Shown here: in pieces, positions 44,279-55,626 of the stretch
Layout: every line of letters starts with the position of its first letter
How positions within the stretch are numbered: the stretch's first letter is position 1
Origin: Epithemia pelagica
Lineage: Eukaryota > Protista > Bacillariophyta
DNA length: 64,000 nt
Direction: 5' to 3'
NCBI GenBank assembly: GCA_946965045.2
Contig: OX337231.1
Coordinates: forward strand, 434,001 to 498,000
Made by a program: the position numbers and the translations under genes
The notes under the pieces: generated by a model
Databases searched by the model: none
Seen by the model: the letters and a program-made list of their open reading frames with translations, nothing else
Told to the model about the DNA's origin: nothing

Positions 44279-47164
44279 TCAATTGCGATTGACGTTGGCG
44301 TATGCCGACCGATAAAATTCATCCATGGCATCCTTCTTGTTGTGTTTGCTTGGGTCGTCGTGAAGAAACTTGCATTTCTTGCCTTTCTTGCAGATTCCTT
44401 TGGAGAAAAGAACGTTGCAGAAGTGTTTCTTTTTACCATTTTTCTCGATGAAGGGAATGTTGGTGAGGACCGTGGGGGGGGGGAAGACTTGCATATAGTT
44501 CGAATCAGCCGGGAGACGCCAGTTTGATGGAGAGTCGAAAGTCGCTGCAGTCTTCTGTGGATCGGAATTGGTGGAGGAGGAGCTTTGTTGACGTTTGGAG
44601 CTTGGGGAACCGTCGTCAGAGCCTCCAGAACGTTTCTTCTGGGAGTTCTTCAATTGATTCGCTTGAAACTTAGCTTGGAGTGCCGGAGGGAGGGAGACTA
44701 AAGTCGAACCGGTCTTGACTGTGAACAAGATCCAATTTACACGCTCTTCAAAGTCCTTGAAACCCACGTCAGCAAGCGATGAAGCACTGGAAAGGGTGGA
44801 AACGAATTCTTGGACAGCCTCGTCGATGGCGAATAAGAATTGGCCGAAATAAAAATCGTTGCCCGAACTCAACTGTTTTGCCATGATTTTGGTCCTGAAT
44901 TGGTGGTAGAAATTCAGGACTTTCAGAATTTGGTTGGCAATCATGGATGATGCGCCACAAAGGCCTTTGGCACAGGCCCAAAAGGATTGAAGTTGGGTTT
45001 CAAACTCGTCTGCCGTCCTCGGAAAGAAGAGATTGTGATCCGAGTAAAGTTGTTGCATTTCCTTCGATTGCTTCATGTCATTAAGATGACATAGTGAAGC
45101 ATCGTGGATTTGCTGCCGAATGTTTTTGTCAAGTGTTTGGTTGGAATCCAAGCCTGGAATGGCATACGGATCGAAAGAAAAGGGGCTAAAGCCTCCAGGG
45201 CACGCTTCCGATTTCCAACGTAACCCAAGACGTTGGATCACTGTACATTGTCCGAAAAGGATGGTACAGGCATTGTCGGCTGGGTCAAAGACTTCGGCTA
45301 GGAAGGACTCGAAAAATGTGGCGGAGTTCTTCGATTTCCACACGATCTTGATGGCTGGTAAAAGGTCTTCTGGGAGTGAAAGGGCTGAGGAGGAGATCGA
45401 ACCGAGACGGAGTTGTTTTTGAGCATTCAAAGGCATGTCTCGAAACATGCTCTTTGACTCTGGGGCAGTGATGTCATCTTCGTTGCCATTTTTCTTCGAG
45501 GACATCTCTTTGATGCACTTCGAAAGCAGGAACATTTCTGGTGAGACGAAATGAACGTTGCCTTCGTCATCGAGCATTCGCACACCACCACTATTCGAGG
45601 TATGAGGATTGGTCGGGGGAGATCCATCTTGGGGAATCGAACAATCAACCGGCGGTTGTGACTGGAAACGAACGCTGTTGGACGAGGAACGACGCAAGGA
45701 AGGGCGTCGAGATGATGGTGGAGTCGTGTGGGTCTGGGGGGGAGGATTGGGAAAAAGGCGAGAGCGATGACTCAACAATGTGGATTTCGCCTTCAAGGGA
45801 TCCTTGGGGATCGATGGAAAGACAATCTGCAACTTGGGGTTATCGCGACGATGGAGGACGACCCAGAAAAAACGGATAATGGGTTCCTGAATCATGAGGA
45901 GGGGGTAATCCGTCGGCATTCCCTTTTGCTTGGTTTCCATAGAGCTATCCAAAGAGGCTGTCCACCAATGGTGGAGGGCAACCTTATAAAGTCCACTGGC
46001 CAAGTCTTCAAACGGAATATTGACGTTATGATTCGATGCGTCGGTGTTATGGAGCATGAGTCCTGAGAGGCAAGGCGGCACGAGACATAGGCTTGAGCAA
46101 ACAAATTCGCGATCTTTCTTCAATGAAGAGGAGGAGGCGGAAGCCACTGAAAGATTCTTGAACTTGGATGAGTCGAAGGTCAGGTGAGGGACAGAGGACG
46201 ACGGGGAGAAGTCGTCAACCTCCACAACACAATGTTCGAGGATCTCCGCAAAAGTGGGGACTTGGGAGAAAACATGGTCGCTCAAAAGTAGGGGGATGTC
46301 ATCAGTGTCAAGTTGGAACGGGATGGACTCAAAAGAAATGCGATTGAGGCCATAAAATGGAATCTGGGGGTCGAAGAATGAGCCACAATCCGCCGGGCAA
46401 CAAAGATTGTGGAAGAGAAGGGGATTTCCGTTGCGAGACAAACCCAACAATGCAAATGGATGATTCTTCGTCTTGGAGGTCAGCCAAACATGAAGATCGT
46501 CAGCGGAGGTGAGACGATTGAAGCTGGAGCAAACTTCCGACCAAAGGGATGGATCACGAGTCAGTGTAACGTGAAAAGGTTGGAAGAAAGAGTCGCACCA
46601 GTCGATCGGTTTGGTCTTCGCAAGTTCGGAGAAGATAAAGTCAAGGGACTTGTCTTCAAGGGTGTGGAAGTCCTGGGTAAAGTAAAACTCGTGGCGGTAG
46701 GCGCCTGCACGAAAAGGAGAGGGGGAATTCCCTTTGGCAGGATCAGTACCGATCGTTCCGTCGGTGAGGATAAACTCATCGTCACCATCAGCTGCGTCGG
46801 AGTCTTCAAGGAGAGAGTCGGAGCGTTTGGGAGCAGAGGGAGGCGGGGCCTGGAGTTTCTTGATCTTGTCGTTGAGGACAGAGATGGTCTTGGCTTCAGC
46901 AAAGAGTTTCTCTTGGGCTTCGGAATCAGACTCGACCGAGTAAGCATCATCATCTTCCTTAGGAGCATGAGCCTTGAGGGAGGACTTGCTGCTGGAGGTG
47001 GGAGGTTTCTTATCGTCCTTCGAATCGTCAGGTTGGGAGACGATGGCTGCCACGGGAGCAGACGAAAAAGGAGCAGGGGGATCGGATCCTTTCGCCGACG
47101 ACGATTTTTTCGGAAGGAGATCTTCGAGGAACGGATTAGAACCAGAGAAAGTCATGATGAACAA
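44279..47164 (-). CDS. gag: Ngaro ORF1 Gag-like protein (961 aa) with a C-terminal CCCH zinc finger
   Basis: FCNVLFSKGICKKGKKCKFLH; first ORF after the 5' A repeat. Confidence 0.85.
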   Translation of the reverse strand: MFIMTFSGSNPFLEDLLPKKSSSAKGSDPPAPFSSAPVAAIVSQPDDSKDDKKPPTSSSKSSLKAHAPKEDDDAYSVESDSEAQEKLFAEAKTISVLNDKIKKLQAPPPSAPKRSDSLLEDSDAADGDDEFILTDGTIGTDPAKGNSPSPFRAGAYRHEFYFTQDFHTLEDKSLDFIFSELAKTKPIDWCDSFFQPFHVTLTRDPSLWSEVCSSFNRLTSADDLHVWLTSKTKNHPFALLGLSRNGNPLLFHNLCCPADCGSFFDPQIPFYGLNRISFESIPFQLDTDDIPLLLSDHVFSQVPTFAEILEHCVVEVDDFSPSSSVPHLTFDSSKFKNLSVASASSSSLKKDREFVCSSLCLVPPCLSGLMLHNTDASNHNVNIPFEDLASGLYKVALHHWWTASLDSSMETKQKGMPTDYPLLMIQEPIIRFFWVVLHRRDNPKLQIVFPSIPKDPLKAKSTLLSHRSRLFPNPPPQTHTTPPSSRRPSLRRSSSNSVRFQSQPPVDCSIPQDGSPPTNPHTSNSGGVRMLDDEGNVHFVSPEMFLLSKCIKEMSSKKNGNEDDITAPESKSMFRDMPLNAQKQLRLGSISSSALSLPEDLLPAIKIVWKSKNSATFFESFLAEVFDPADNACTILFGQCTVIQRLGLRWKSEACPGGFSPFSFDPYAIPGLDSNQTLDKNIRQQIHDASLCHLNDMKQSKEMQQLYSDHNLFFPRTADEFETQLQSFWACAKGLCGASSMIANQILKVLNFYHQFRTKIMAKQLSSGNDFYFGQFLFAIDEAVQEFVSTLSSASSLADVGFKDFEERVNWILFTVKTGSTLVSLPPALQAKFQANQLKNSQKKRSGGSDDGSPSSKRQQSSSSTNSDPQKTAATFDSPSNWRLPADSNYMQVFPPPTVLTNIPFIEKNGKKKHFCNVLFSKGICKKGKKCKFLHDDPSKHNKKDAMDEFYRSAYANVNRN

Positions 47165-47175
47165 GGTAAACTCAG

Positions 47176-47423
47176 AAGATTAGCTAACTAGAATCGTTGC
47201 GATCTCGAACTCGTCTCGTAGTCGTTGCAAAGATGCTGAACCCAAGAAGAGTGAGCTCTTCTCACGCTCCAACGACTCTGCATCAGGGTCATCCTAAAAC
47301 TTCCGATTGTGGGAATCAAATCGGATGCTCGCCTCGCGTCGAGGAGGCGGAGCAGTCGCACCTCTGTTGTCGGTCGCGGAGTCTGGCCAGCATCGGCCAC
47401 GTCACTCCACCCAGTACAGACAA
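47176..47423 (-). repeat. 5' A repeat of the Ngaro element
   Basis: Matches 38648-38895. Confidence 0.95.
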
Positions 47424-47696
47424 TTACTACCAGGTACGATTTACCCCCTAGCGGAAGGGTGAGTCCAGGTTGATCGTGAATCAGGGTGAATTCTCATACT
47501 CACCCCCAAGGCGCGATCCTCAAAATCGGCGACTTCGACAAAAACTCACAACAACAACAACGCAATCACTACGATACGGATCTTGTTGCGGTTGTTACGA
47601 CACTCATGGCCCCTCCCCATCCGACCAGAGTTGTCAATCCTATCCATACCAACCCAAGGTGCCCTCCTGGCGTGGAAACCAACCGTTCCGACCCAC

Positions 47697-49268
47697 TGAG
47701 AAGTGTTTTCGATTTGATTACTCAATTCGTCCTTCACTCATGTACACTTCACGGTATTTCCGACTCTCATTTCTTCTTTTCATTGGCAATTCTCTGAAGA
47801 AACGCAACAAGGGAGTCGACCGCCTCGTCAACCCAACGAAAGTACGAACAATGAAATTTTGGCCAAGGTGGAACAGTTGACGCTAATGGTAAAACGACAA
47901 AGCGTTGTCGAACCAACGGAGTCAGCCGCCACCAGAGGCGAACGTCTTCTCGAGGCATTGCAATTGTCGGGCTTTTACAGCAATTCCCCTCCATACCCTT
48001 CCGGGCCGGACTCCGCTGGGCCGTCAATTCTGTCAAGCACAGAATTGGATCAACTGAAGGAAACCGTTACCAGTGTGCAGCCGTCTACACTAAAAGAAGC
48101 GGCTTTGACAGCTTTGTTGTCTCCGAAAATTGCTGCAGCATTGGAGGAAACGAACTCTGGACTCGTTTTGAGCAACTCCGAATCAATCCATTGGCTGCCA
48201 GCCAATCCAAACGAAGCCCTGAAGAATAGGAGGAAACCTGACTTGTTCACGGCCCATCCACTACGGATAAATCGTGCGGCATCGTTTGAAGGTGCCGACA
48301 TTGTTGCGTTTCGAGCAAAACTGAACACATCAGACCTGATATTTGGTGGCTTGGACATGAAGCATGATTCGGAACACTATATCACATCTTTGTGGAAGGG
48401 TAAAGTTAGCTTGGGAAATCTTCATGTCGCTCTTGGGGAAATGGTCGATTATGTCCGATGTTGGGGAGTCAAGAGACGCAACTTGAGTATTATTCTGTAC
48501 GACATGAATGGGTTTGTGGCTGGCGACTGCATGGCAGGTGTCATCCGTACGCTCTATAAGCTTGTACCATGGGACGCTCCGGAGTCAAAAACCATTCTAA
48601 AATTTTACATGACAAAGCACATAACTCGACAAATTCGTCAAGTCCAAAATGCCTTGACACATCTACAACTACGGGACGGTAGTAGTCCTGAAGGAGGTGG
48701 CTCAGCGTATTTGGGGAGCGGATCCTACGGCGACGTGTTTTGCGTCAAGAATGTGAATGACGAGGTGGTCGCCTTAAAAGTTGCTCGTTCAGACAAATCA
48801 ACCTTCTGCAGGGAGTATGGGACGCTCCTTGCAGCCAAGGCTAATGATGCTCCAGTTGTGCAAGTTCTCTTTAAAGCAGAAAGGCCTCTAAGCGCGTATA
48901 CAATGTCTCCTGTTGGGAAAGCATTGCTCAAGACAAACGATACCTGTTGTCGGCTGTTTCGCGCTCTGAAAGCGTTGCACGACAGTGGATGGTTCCATGG
49001 AGACGCAAGATACCCAAATGCAATCGAGACAACAGAGGGTGAGATTCTGTGGGTAGACTTGCTCGATGCTGCTCCCCACAATGGACAAACAGAGGCTCTT
49101 GTCCAAGACAAAATTACCTTGGCGCTTTCCTTTGTGGGTCCCCTGGACGATGGACCCCGATGGGCTTTTATTGCCGATATGTACGCGGCGCATGAGAATG
49201 ACGACAGTTCATACTCAGTATCCTTTGAAATCGTTTCCAAGTTGTGCAAGGAAAGAGGGCTCCTGTAA
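47697..49268 (+). pseudogene. CRN-like REase-kinase module copy 2: 469-aa ORF intact but 5' exon missing (homology starts inside the intron donor)
   Basis: Near-identical to the reverse complement of 58317..59726; homology begins at tgagaagtg, lacking the G of GT. Confidence 0.7.
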
Positions 49269-49439
49269 TGTTTTTCTCATTGAAACTGATGACGAATCTG
49301 TATGAAGCGGGAAATAGTGATACCAAGCTGAATAGCCACTCATAGAAATCATGCTGCGACGAACACAGGCTCGGAAAGTCTGATTGCCTGGATGAATCCT
49401 CTAGGGTTGACCCCGTCGAAAGATCAAATAATAGAAGTT

Positions 49440-50040
49440 CCATACAGATTGGAACCCATTCTTCTGTTCGACCCATCATCTTAATACATTCTACATGTAT
49501 CGTCAATGACCAAATTGCCATTCATACAGAAACTATTTGAAAACTACAAATGTCATAAAACTTGAAAGAAACAATGAATGCATCGACTTAAAACACACTT
49601 TAACTTGAAAAACATGCCTCCGATGCACTTTCCTGTTTCAGGATAGAATGTAATGATTAGAGAATAGATCGCGAGACCAATGGTCCGATCAAAACGACGC
49701 CACTTTGTTTTATGAGCACATCCATGAAAAGTACGCCCAAGACCAGGCATGATAAATACTTGGAATGCGGCGAGTGTATCTGATCCGGTGAACCCTTTTA
49801 CAGGGTTAGCCACCGTCATCTTTTGCGAGCTAGGTGACACCGGGATGGATGCACAGTGGCAGGCTAGGGCGGCTTTGCGGTGGCAATGGTTTGGGGAAGC
49901 TTGGACCGTCGATCTTGCTCTGCTTGTTCAAAGTGCTGTTTCGGATCCACACGGTAGTTAGACCATTACCAAAGAAAAAAGGTCAGCGCCTAACATTGGG
50001 AATGATCGAGTTATGCGTCTCGTTGCTCCCGGGGCGCTAT
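49440..50040. repeat. Dispersed non-coding module homologous to 23460-23909 plus 30249-30480 (empty site of copia 1) and partly to 32130-32290
   Basis: Shared blocks such as aaaactacaaatgtcataaaacttgaaagaaacaa and gcacagtggcaggctagggcggctttgcggtggcaatgg. Confidence 0.85.
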
Positions 50041-51064
50041 CGCCTATTCGACTGAGTTCAAAGAACGGAGTCGGGTAAGCCGGCAGGCCAAGGGGGTCTG
50101 GGGGTGGAAAATACACAATGACTCCGGACATACCTCTGCTACAAAACGATGTCTCGCAAGAACGCCAACTGGAACATCAAGAGTACCAATCGCAAGCACG
50201 AATTCGAAACGACAAGTACCATGCCATTCGAATTCGACAACAACAACAACAACAACAACAACAGACATTGGATCATTTGCAGGAACATTTGTGATCCAGT
50301 CGGGAGATTGGATGCTTTCGAGGCAACATTGCCGGACTGGTGCAACAGAGAGAAAGGCTTGGAAATTGCTCGTTCTCAAAGAATTGGAATGAATACCAAT
50401 CTACTAGATATACAAGAGCAGCCCCAACACTCTTGTTTCCAGGGAATCGTGGAGCAAAAACCACTGTGGTTCATGTCTGGAGGTTCCAAAAACAGTCCTC
50501 GCTTTGTGCAAACAATGACTGTCCGATGACAAGAGAAACAAAGATCCTAGCTGGATCCTTCCATGGCACAATACTTAGAATCTTATATAATATACCTCTT
50601 CTACCATTGGTTTGTGGTCCTTTTTCTACGAAGCATCGTTTGGTCCAGCCGTGTCATAGTACCGAAGGAGCAAATCCTCAAAAGGTCTCTTGCTTTTAGT
50701 GTTTGAAAAAGCAAAGGCAACAAGCAGTTGTACTTCTTGTCTCTGTATTACCACTGACATTCCTTGACACCTTCTCCATAGTTGCCATGCCAAAACTTGC
50801 CACTGCTTTCTACCGTCACGTGTTGATCCATGGCTTGGATAATTCCTTGGACACTGACATCGACGGAACGTTGACCGGGCAAAGGTTGTTCGTTGGGCGC
50901 AAAGTCGGTAAAGACCGATCCGGGATGGACCAAGCCCACGGCCACCTTGGCCGGTGTATCCTTGTCCTTGCCCAAGGCTTTGGGCAAATCGTGACTCATC
51001 GACTTGCCAATCATGTTGACGGATGCCTTGGCGGCACGGTAGGCATAAATCCCACCCGATGTAT

Positions 51065-51554
51065 TGTTGTTTTCTCCCTACCGTAGGTTAAAGAGAAAGA
51101 GCTCAACCCGTGTAAACGAAGTTAAGTTGTGAGTTTATTTGGTTAATCTAGCGTGTTGCAGCCTAAGGCGTTGAGGTCTTTCCTTTTGATGCGTTGAGTC
51201 GATGGTTGGGCGATAGTTCAATCGTCCATCGATCTTGTTTTCCTAAATGGGTGTCTCTCCTAAATGGGTGTCTCCTGCCCGTTCTTGGCCGTTGTTCCTT
51301 TTAGGCAATGCCAGTTATTCTTTTGGCCTGTATCAGTTGAATTGGGTCGGTTTGTCACTTCTAAACGCTCATGACGATGACGCGTTGTCTTTGTTGTATC
51401 GTTCGTGAGCATCTTGTTTGGACGCCCGTCGTTCTTGTCCTTTGAGGGACAAATTCTCAAGATGAATGATGCTCATCTTTTCTTCGGCCGAACTCCTACT
51501 TCCGAATGTGAGTCCCGGGTCCATTCCCGGACGATTACGTAGATCTTTTGAACA
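51065..51554 (-). repeat. 3' LTR of copia element 2
   Basis: Direct repeat of 56931-57403 plus a 17-bp internal duplication. Confidence 0.95.
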
Positions 51555-51627
51555 CTCCCTCACGGACGGGGAAAGATGATGCTACCATCCTTGAAGTTTC
51601 TTGCGGTGTTTCTCGAAGGGCGTCGTA

Positions 51628-54600
51628 CTAAGAGATTTTGTGAAGATATCTGCCGTCTGGTCGTCTGTCGCGCATGGGAGGATCTCGTTCCACAAAAGAT
51701 TTGAAGTGGAACAACTTGGTGCAGAGATATCGTGTTCGAGGGCGATACTTGTGTACTGTTGCTAATTCCACAGCGCCACTGTTATCTTCGAATGCCTTGC
51801 AGTGGACTTGTGGCGTTGTGGATAGTACTGGGAAACCCAATTCCTTCATCTCTCGAGTGATGGACATCAATGGGATCACGGTACGTAATGCATGCGAGAG
51901 GCTTATAATCTCGGCTTCCGTTGTTGATAATGCGATCTCTGACTGCAATTTGGATTGCCACAGGATGGGACAACCAGCATAGATGACTGCAAACCCTGTT
52001 CTCGATCGTGCCATGTCCCGATTCGGGTGGTCCAGCTTATTGAAATTGCCTGCGAAGTCGGCGTCTGCGAAGACTTGGAACGACTGTGTCTCGTCTGGGT
52101 TGAGGATGATCCCCTTCTTCTTTGTGGCAGCAAGGTAACGTGCAATGTGTTTTACTGCTTTGCCATGTATCGCTCGTGGATTCTCACAAAATCTTGCACA
52201 TTGGTGAACGGCGAAGCTGATATCTGGCCGAGTGCTCTTTTCCAGAAAATTCAGTTTCCCTATTGCGGCTCGATAATGGAAGTGTCCGTCAAAAGGCTTC
52301 CCGTCCTGATCTTGTCTTAGTCGTACCGTTGTGGGTGCCGGTGTGTCTTTTGTCTTGGTTGTTTCGTCGGCCAAGTGAAGGTCGTGGAGGATCGAGTCGA
52401 TCAAATGTGGTTGGGTTAAATGGATGGTTCCATCGTCTTTCTTTTCAACGTTGACTCCGAGAAAATCATTTACTCCGTCCTCGTACGTCATCTTCAATCC
52501 ACTTTCTTCCATTGTGACAATCAACCTGTTTAGCTCGTCTTGGTCTGGGCCCATCAAGAGAGAGTCATCAGTGTACAAAATGTACACGCACTTTCCGTGG
52601 TAAAAGAGGCATTCATCATATGCACTCTGTTGGAAACCCACGTCTTTCAGCCGCTTGACCAAGTGCTGGTTCCATACTCGGGCTCCTTGCTTCTGGCCGT
52701 AATAATTTTGTTTGATTTTGAGCACGTAATCCTCGGCTCGTTGATTGCCTTTGGTGTCGAATGTAAAGCTCCTTGGCGCCTCCATGTACATGTCGGTCTC
52801 CGCCACTGCTTGCGTATACGCCAAGACGTAATCAACTTGCTTGATATGCCACCCTTGAGTAAGTGCCATAGTTAAGACAAAACGGACGACCGGCCATTGA
52901 ATAACTGGGGCATATGTTTCCCAGTAGTTGACTCCCTTTTCTTGCATAGACCCGTCGTAAGCGAGCCTTGATTTCCATTTATAGACTTCTCTTGTTTTGA
53001 GTCTTCGTTTTCGAACACAGCTCCATACTCCGCGTGAAATCAATGCTCCTTTCGGAATATCCTTCCTTTTGACAACTTCCCATAGGCCATTGTCGCTATG
53101 ATCTTGTACTTCTTTCTGAGCGGCTTTGATGAACTCTTCTCGATCCTTCTGTTTCATAGCTTCATGCCAGTACATTACATCTGGGTTACTGTTTGCTTGG
53201 GCTGTCTTGACCGTAATCGCTGGTTTAGCAGTGATAGCTAATTCTGCAATGGCGTCGTTTTCGTCTTGTAGCGATGTCAAATAGTCCTGATACCTCTGAG
53301 TCCGACGGGTTGTACGTTGCGACCGCCTAGCTCCCTCATGTTGGGGTAGCGTTTCTCCCTCATCTAAGGTAGGATGCATAGTGTCCGAGGACGGTTCTTC
53401 ATTATGTGATACGTCGTTGTCATGCGGCACGTCGTTTGCGAATCTTGTTCTCCTTGGTGACGTCGCTGTGCTTCCGAGTTGAGGTACACTTGCTGTCTCC
53501 CTCATTCGTGGGGCTCTTTTCGTAAATCCTGCTTTGTACTGCCATTGTGATACTGGCGGGGCTTCTCCAAAACTCGCCCTTAGTGTTTCGAAAGCGTCGT
53601 CGTACTGCACATGGAACTGAGGTGACGTCAATCCGGATGATAGTGATAGAATAAGCCCAATGGTTCTAGAATGTTGCGGAGAGTATCCCAAGAAAATGCC
53701 AACCCGAGCGCGTTCTGACCATTTCGGGATAGGTGTTCCACTCTGGAGATCGTTGTCAAGCACGTAAGCGGGACACCCGAACGTATGGGCTAGTCTTGTA
53801 TTGAACCGAACTGTTGAACCAGTGAATAACTCCATTGGAGTTTTGTCTTTCTGTTTCTTCATAGGTGCTTTGTTGAACATGTCGTTGGCGTATCTTATGG
53901 CGTAGGGCCATAGGTTCGTCGTTATGGTGGAAGGCCAGCGTCTCTGTGCATGAATTAGCATGGTTTGTGCTGATTCTTGTAGGTCCCGAATGCGGCGTTC
54001 GGCCATACCGCTCTGGAAGTGTGCGTTGACCCCGCTGAAGGTAAGGCGTTGGCCTTTCGCTTGGACGGCTTCTCGGAACTTGTTGTCAGCGAAGATACCG
54101 TTATCGGCATGGTAATGACGAATTGCAACTCCATGCGTATCGGCCCATGCTTCGAATCGATCTTTAGCTTCTATAGTGTCTTTTGCCGATGTAGTTCTCT
54201 GCAAGTGAACGTAACCTATACCTGAATAGTGATCCACAAAGATAGTAGCCACCTTATATCGGTCCCGTGTTGGAGTCCCTCGTAAGTGGGCTATATACCC
54301 TGGAGTCTTGGATATCATTTGATCCACGGATACGCATTGTCCTGGTGACGTCATGACGTCCAATGTACCTCGATGACCCTTGATTCTCCATGGGCGTCTG
54401 GTCGCCTTTCCGTACATACATGCTGTACAAACAGGTATTTTGCAGTTAGCCAGTCGTTTTGGGAGTATACCCTGGCGTGCCATTGATTGGATCTTAGCCA
54501 TAGAGAGGTGTCCCATACGGTGGTGAGTCCTGAGTAACTCTAGCGTTGGACTCTCGGGTAGTCGTTCTTCTTCGTTGGGGATCATGTGTACCGTTTCATT

Positions 54601-55626
54601 CGGACCGATGAGAAATTCTGTAGTCATCGGTACGTCTCTACTCGGAAAGTACTTCTCATTTTCCTCGTCGTCGAGATTGTCGTTTTGGAAAATACTCTCG
54701 TCGTCTGTCGATTCGTCTTCTCCAACCGTTGCTGGAGATCGTTCAATGATGGACTCGTCGTCGTCTTCGATAAGATTCGCGTTGTGAGCTAACAGTGGTT
54801 TGTTATCTTCTTGTTCGATCGTTGTGCCCGCTTTCTTGCAGAACGTCTCGTATCGTGTAAAGCCTGGGGCCGTTGTGAATTCTCCAACGTTTGATCCCTT
54901 CTTGTTGAGCGGCACTGTTCGTTTGAAGTGTCCTTGTCCCCACACGAGTTCGATGCTGTTACCATATGTTGTGCATCGAGTCCCTCTCGGTACAGGTTTG
55001 TTGTCTTTTGCGGTTTGAGCCCAGTGTTGTGGAGACAAGAGTCGCGTCGGCGTTGATGGGATGTAGAATGATCGGGGGAGCGTGATTGTATGTATTTTCC
55101 CATCGTCGTCCTCGATATCCCATCGTATCGTCGTCTCGTAAATGTCTGGGTGGAACGTCCCGGCCACTCCTTTCACTCGTCGCTTAATCTTGACTGGTTT
55201 CGTGCAACAATCGTTGATGTCGTTGGTGATGGACGCAGTGGCACAGTTGTCGATGAGTACTTTGCGGCTGTCGGTATCGAATCCGACGTCATGGGCCGCT
55301 CTGTTGGATACTAATCCAGTTGTTGAAGTAAGAATCGTCACCATGCATAATGCTCTTAGGAGTCCGGTCATCTTCCTCCGTCGTCGTAGTTTACCATGGT
55401 CGAGTCGTCTTTTCTTCTTCGTCTTGATTGCGGTCGCCATAGTAGTCGCCATCTGGTCGCATGCGTTGCTTGCGGTCTTTAGCCAGTAGTCGATGGTAGT
55501 TCGTCTAGGGGACCATAGCTCGAAACACAGTATAGTATAACCTGATAACACGATCGTCACTAATACTGTGTATATGAGCTGCTTGATGTCTTGAAGCAGC
55601 CCGGGGAACCACCCCGGGTTTGGTTG
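51628..55626 (-). CDS. pol: Copia 2 Pol (PR-IN-RT-RH), in frame with gag; small deletion frameshift near 51690 removes the last RNase H motif from the main frame
   Basis: 1310-aa ORF with all copia motifs; QTADIFTKSL is present only in the neighbouring frame. Confidence 0.95.
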   Translation of the reverse strand, partial: QPNPGWFPGLLQDIKQLIYTVLVTIVLSGYTILCFELWSPRRTTIDYWLKTASNACDQMATTMATAIKTKKKRRLDHGKLRRRRKMTGLLRALCMVTILTSTTGLVSNRAAHDVGFDTDSRKVLIDNCATASITNDINDCCTKPVKIKRRVKGVAGTFHPDIYETTIRWDIEDDDGKIHTITLPRSFYIPSTPTRLLSPQHWAQTAKDNKPVPRGTRCTTYGNSIELVWGQGHFKRTVPLNKKGSNVGEFTTAPGFTRYETFCKKAGTTIEQEDNKPLLAHNANLIEDDDESIIERSPATVGEDESTDDESIFQNDNLDDEENEKYFPSRDVPMTTEFLIGPNETVHMIPNEEERLPESPTLELLRTHHRMGHLSMAKIQSMARQGILPKRLANCKIPVCTACMYGKATRRPWRIKGHRGTLDVMTSPGQCVSVDQMISKTPGYIAHLRGTPTRDRYKVATIFVDHYSGIGYVHLQRTTSAKDTIEAKDRFEAWADTHGVAIRHYHADNGIFADNKFREAVQAKGQRLTFSGVNAHFQSGMAERRIRDLQESAQTMLIHAQRRWPSTITTNLWPYAIRYANDMFNKAPMKKQKDKTPMELFTGSTVRFNTRLAHTFGCPAYVLDNDLQSGTPIPKWSERARVGIFLGYSPQHSRTIGLILSLSSGLTSPQFHVQYDDAFETLRASFGEAPPVSQWQYKAGFTKRAPRMRETASVPQLGSTATSPRRTRFANDVPHDNDVSHNEEPSSDTMHPTLDEGETLPQHEGARRSQRTTRRTQRYQDYLTSLQDENDAIAELAITAKPAITVKTAQANSNPDVMYWHEAMKQKDREEFIKAAQKEVQDHSDNGLWEVVKRKDIPKGALISRGVWSCVRKRRLKTREVYKWKSRLAYDGSMQEKGVNYWETYAPVIQWPVVRFVLTMALTQGWHIKQVDYVLAYTQAVAETDMYMEAPRSFTFDTKGNQRAEDYVLKIKQNYYGQKQGARVWNQHLVKRLKDVGFQQSAYDECLFYHGKCVYILYTDDSLLMGPDQDELNRLIVTMEESGLKMTYEDGVNDFLGVNVEKKDDGTIHLTQPHLIDSILHDLHLADETTKTKDTPAPTTVRLRQDQDGKPFDGHFHYRAAIGKLNFLEKSTRPDISFAVHQCARFCENPRAIHGKAVKHIARYLAATKKKGIILNPDETQSFQVFADADFAGNFNKLDHPNRDMARSRTGFAVIYAGCPILWQSKLQSEIALSTTEAEIISLSHALRTVIPLMSITREMKELGFPVLSTTPQVHCKAFEDNSGAVELATVHKYRPRTRYLCTKLFHFKSFVERDPPMRDRRPDGRYLHKIS

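Larger units (their letters stand above)
38454..47423 (-). mobile_element. Tyrosine-recombinase retrotransposon (DIRS order, Ngaro-type split direct repeats), about 9 kb
   Basis: ORF1 with a CCCH finger, ORF2 RT (YLDD) plus RNase H, overlapping ORF3 YR. 248-bp A repeat at the 5' end (47176-47423) recurs in the 3' array; no TSD seen. Confidence 0.93.

Noticed and set aside
46409-47191. 260-aa plus-strand ORF antisense to Ngaro ORF1
   Set aside because: Typical shadow of a stop-poor sense ORF, with no domain signal.
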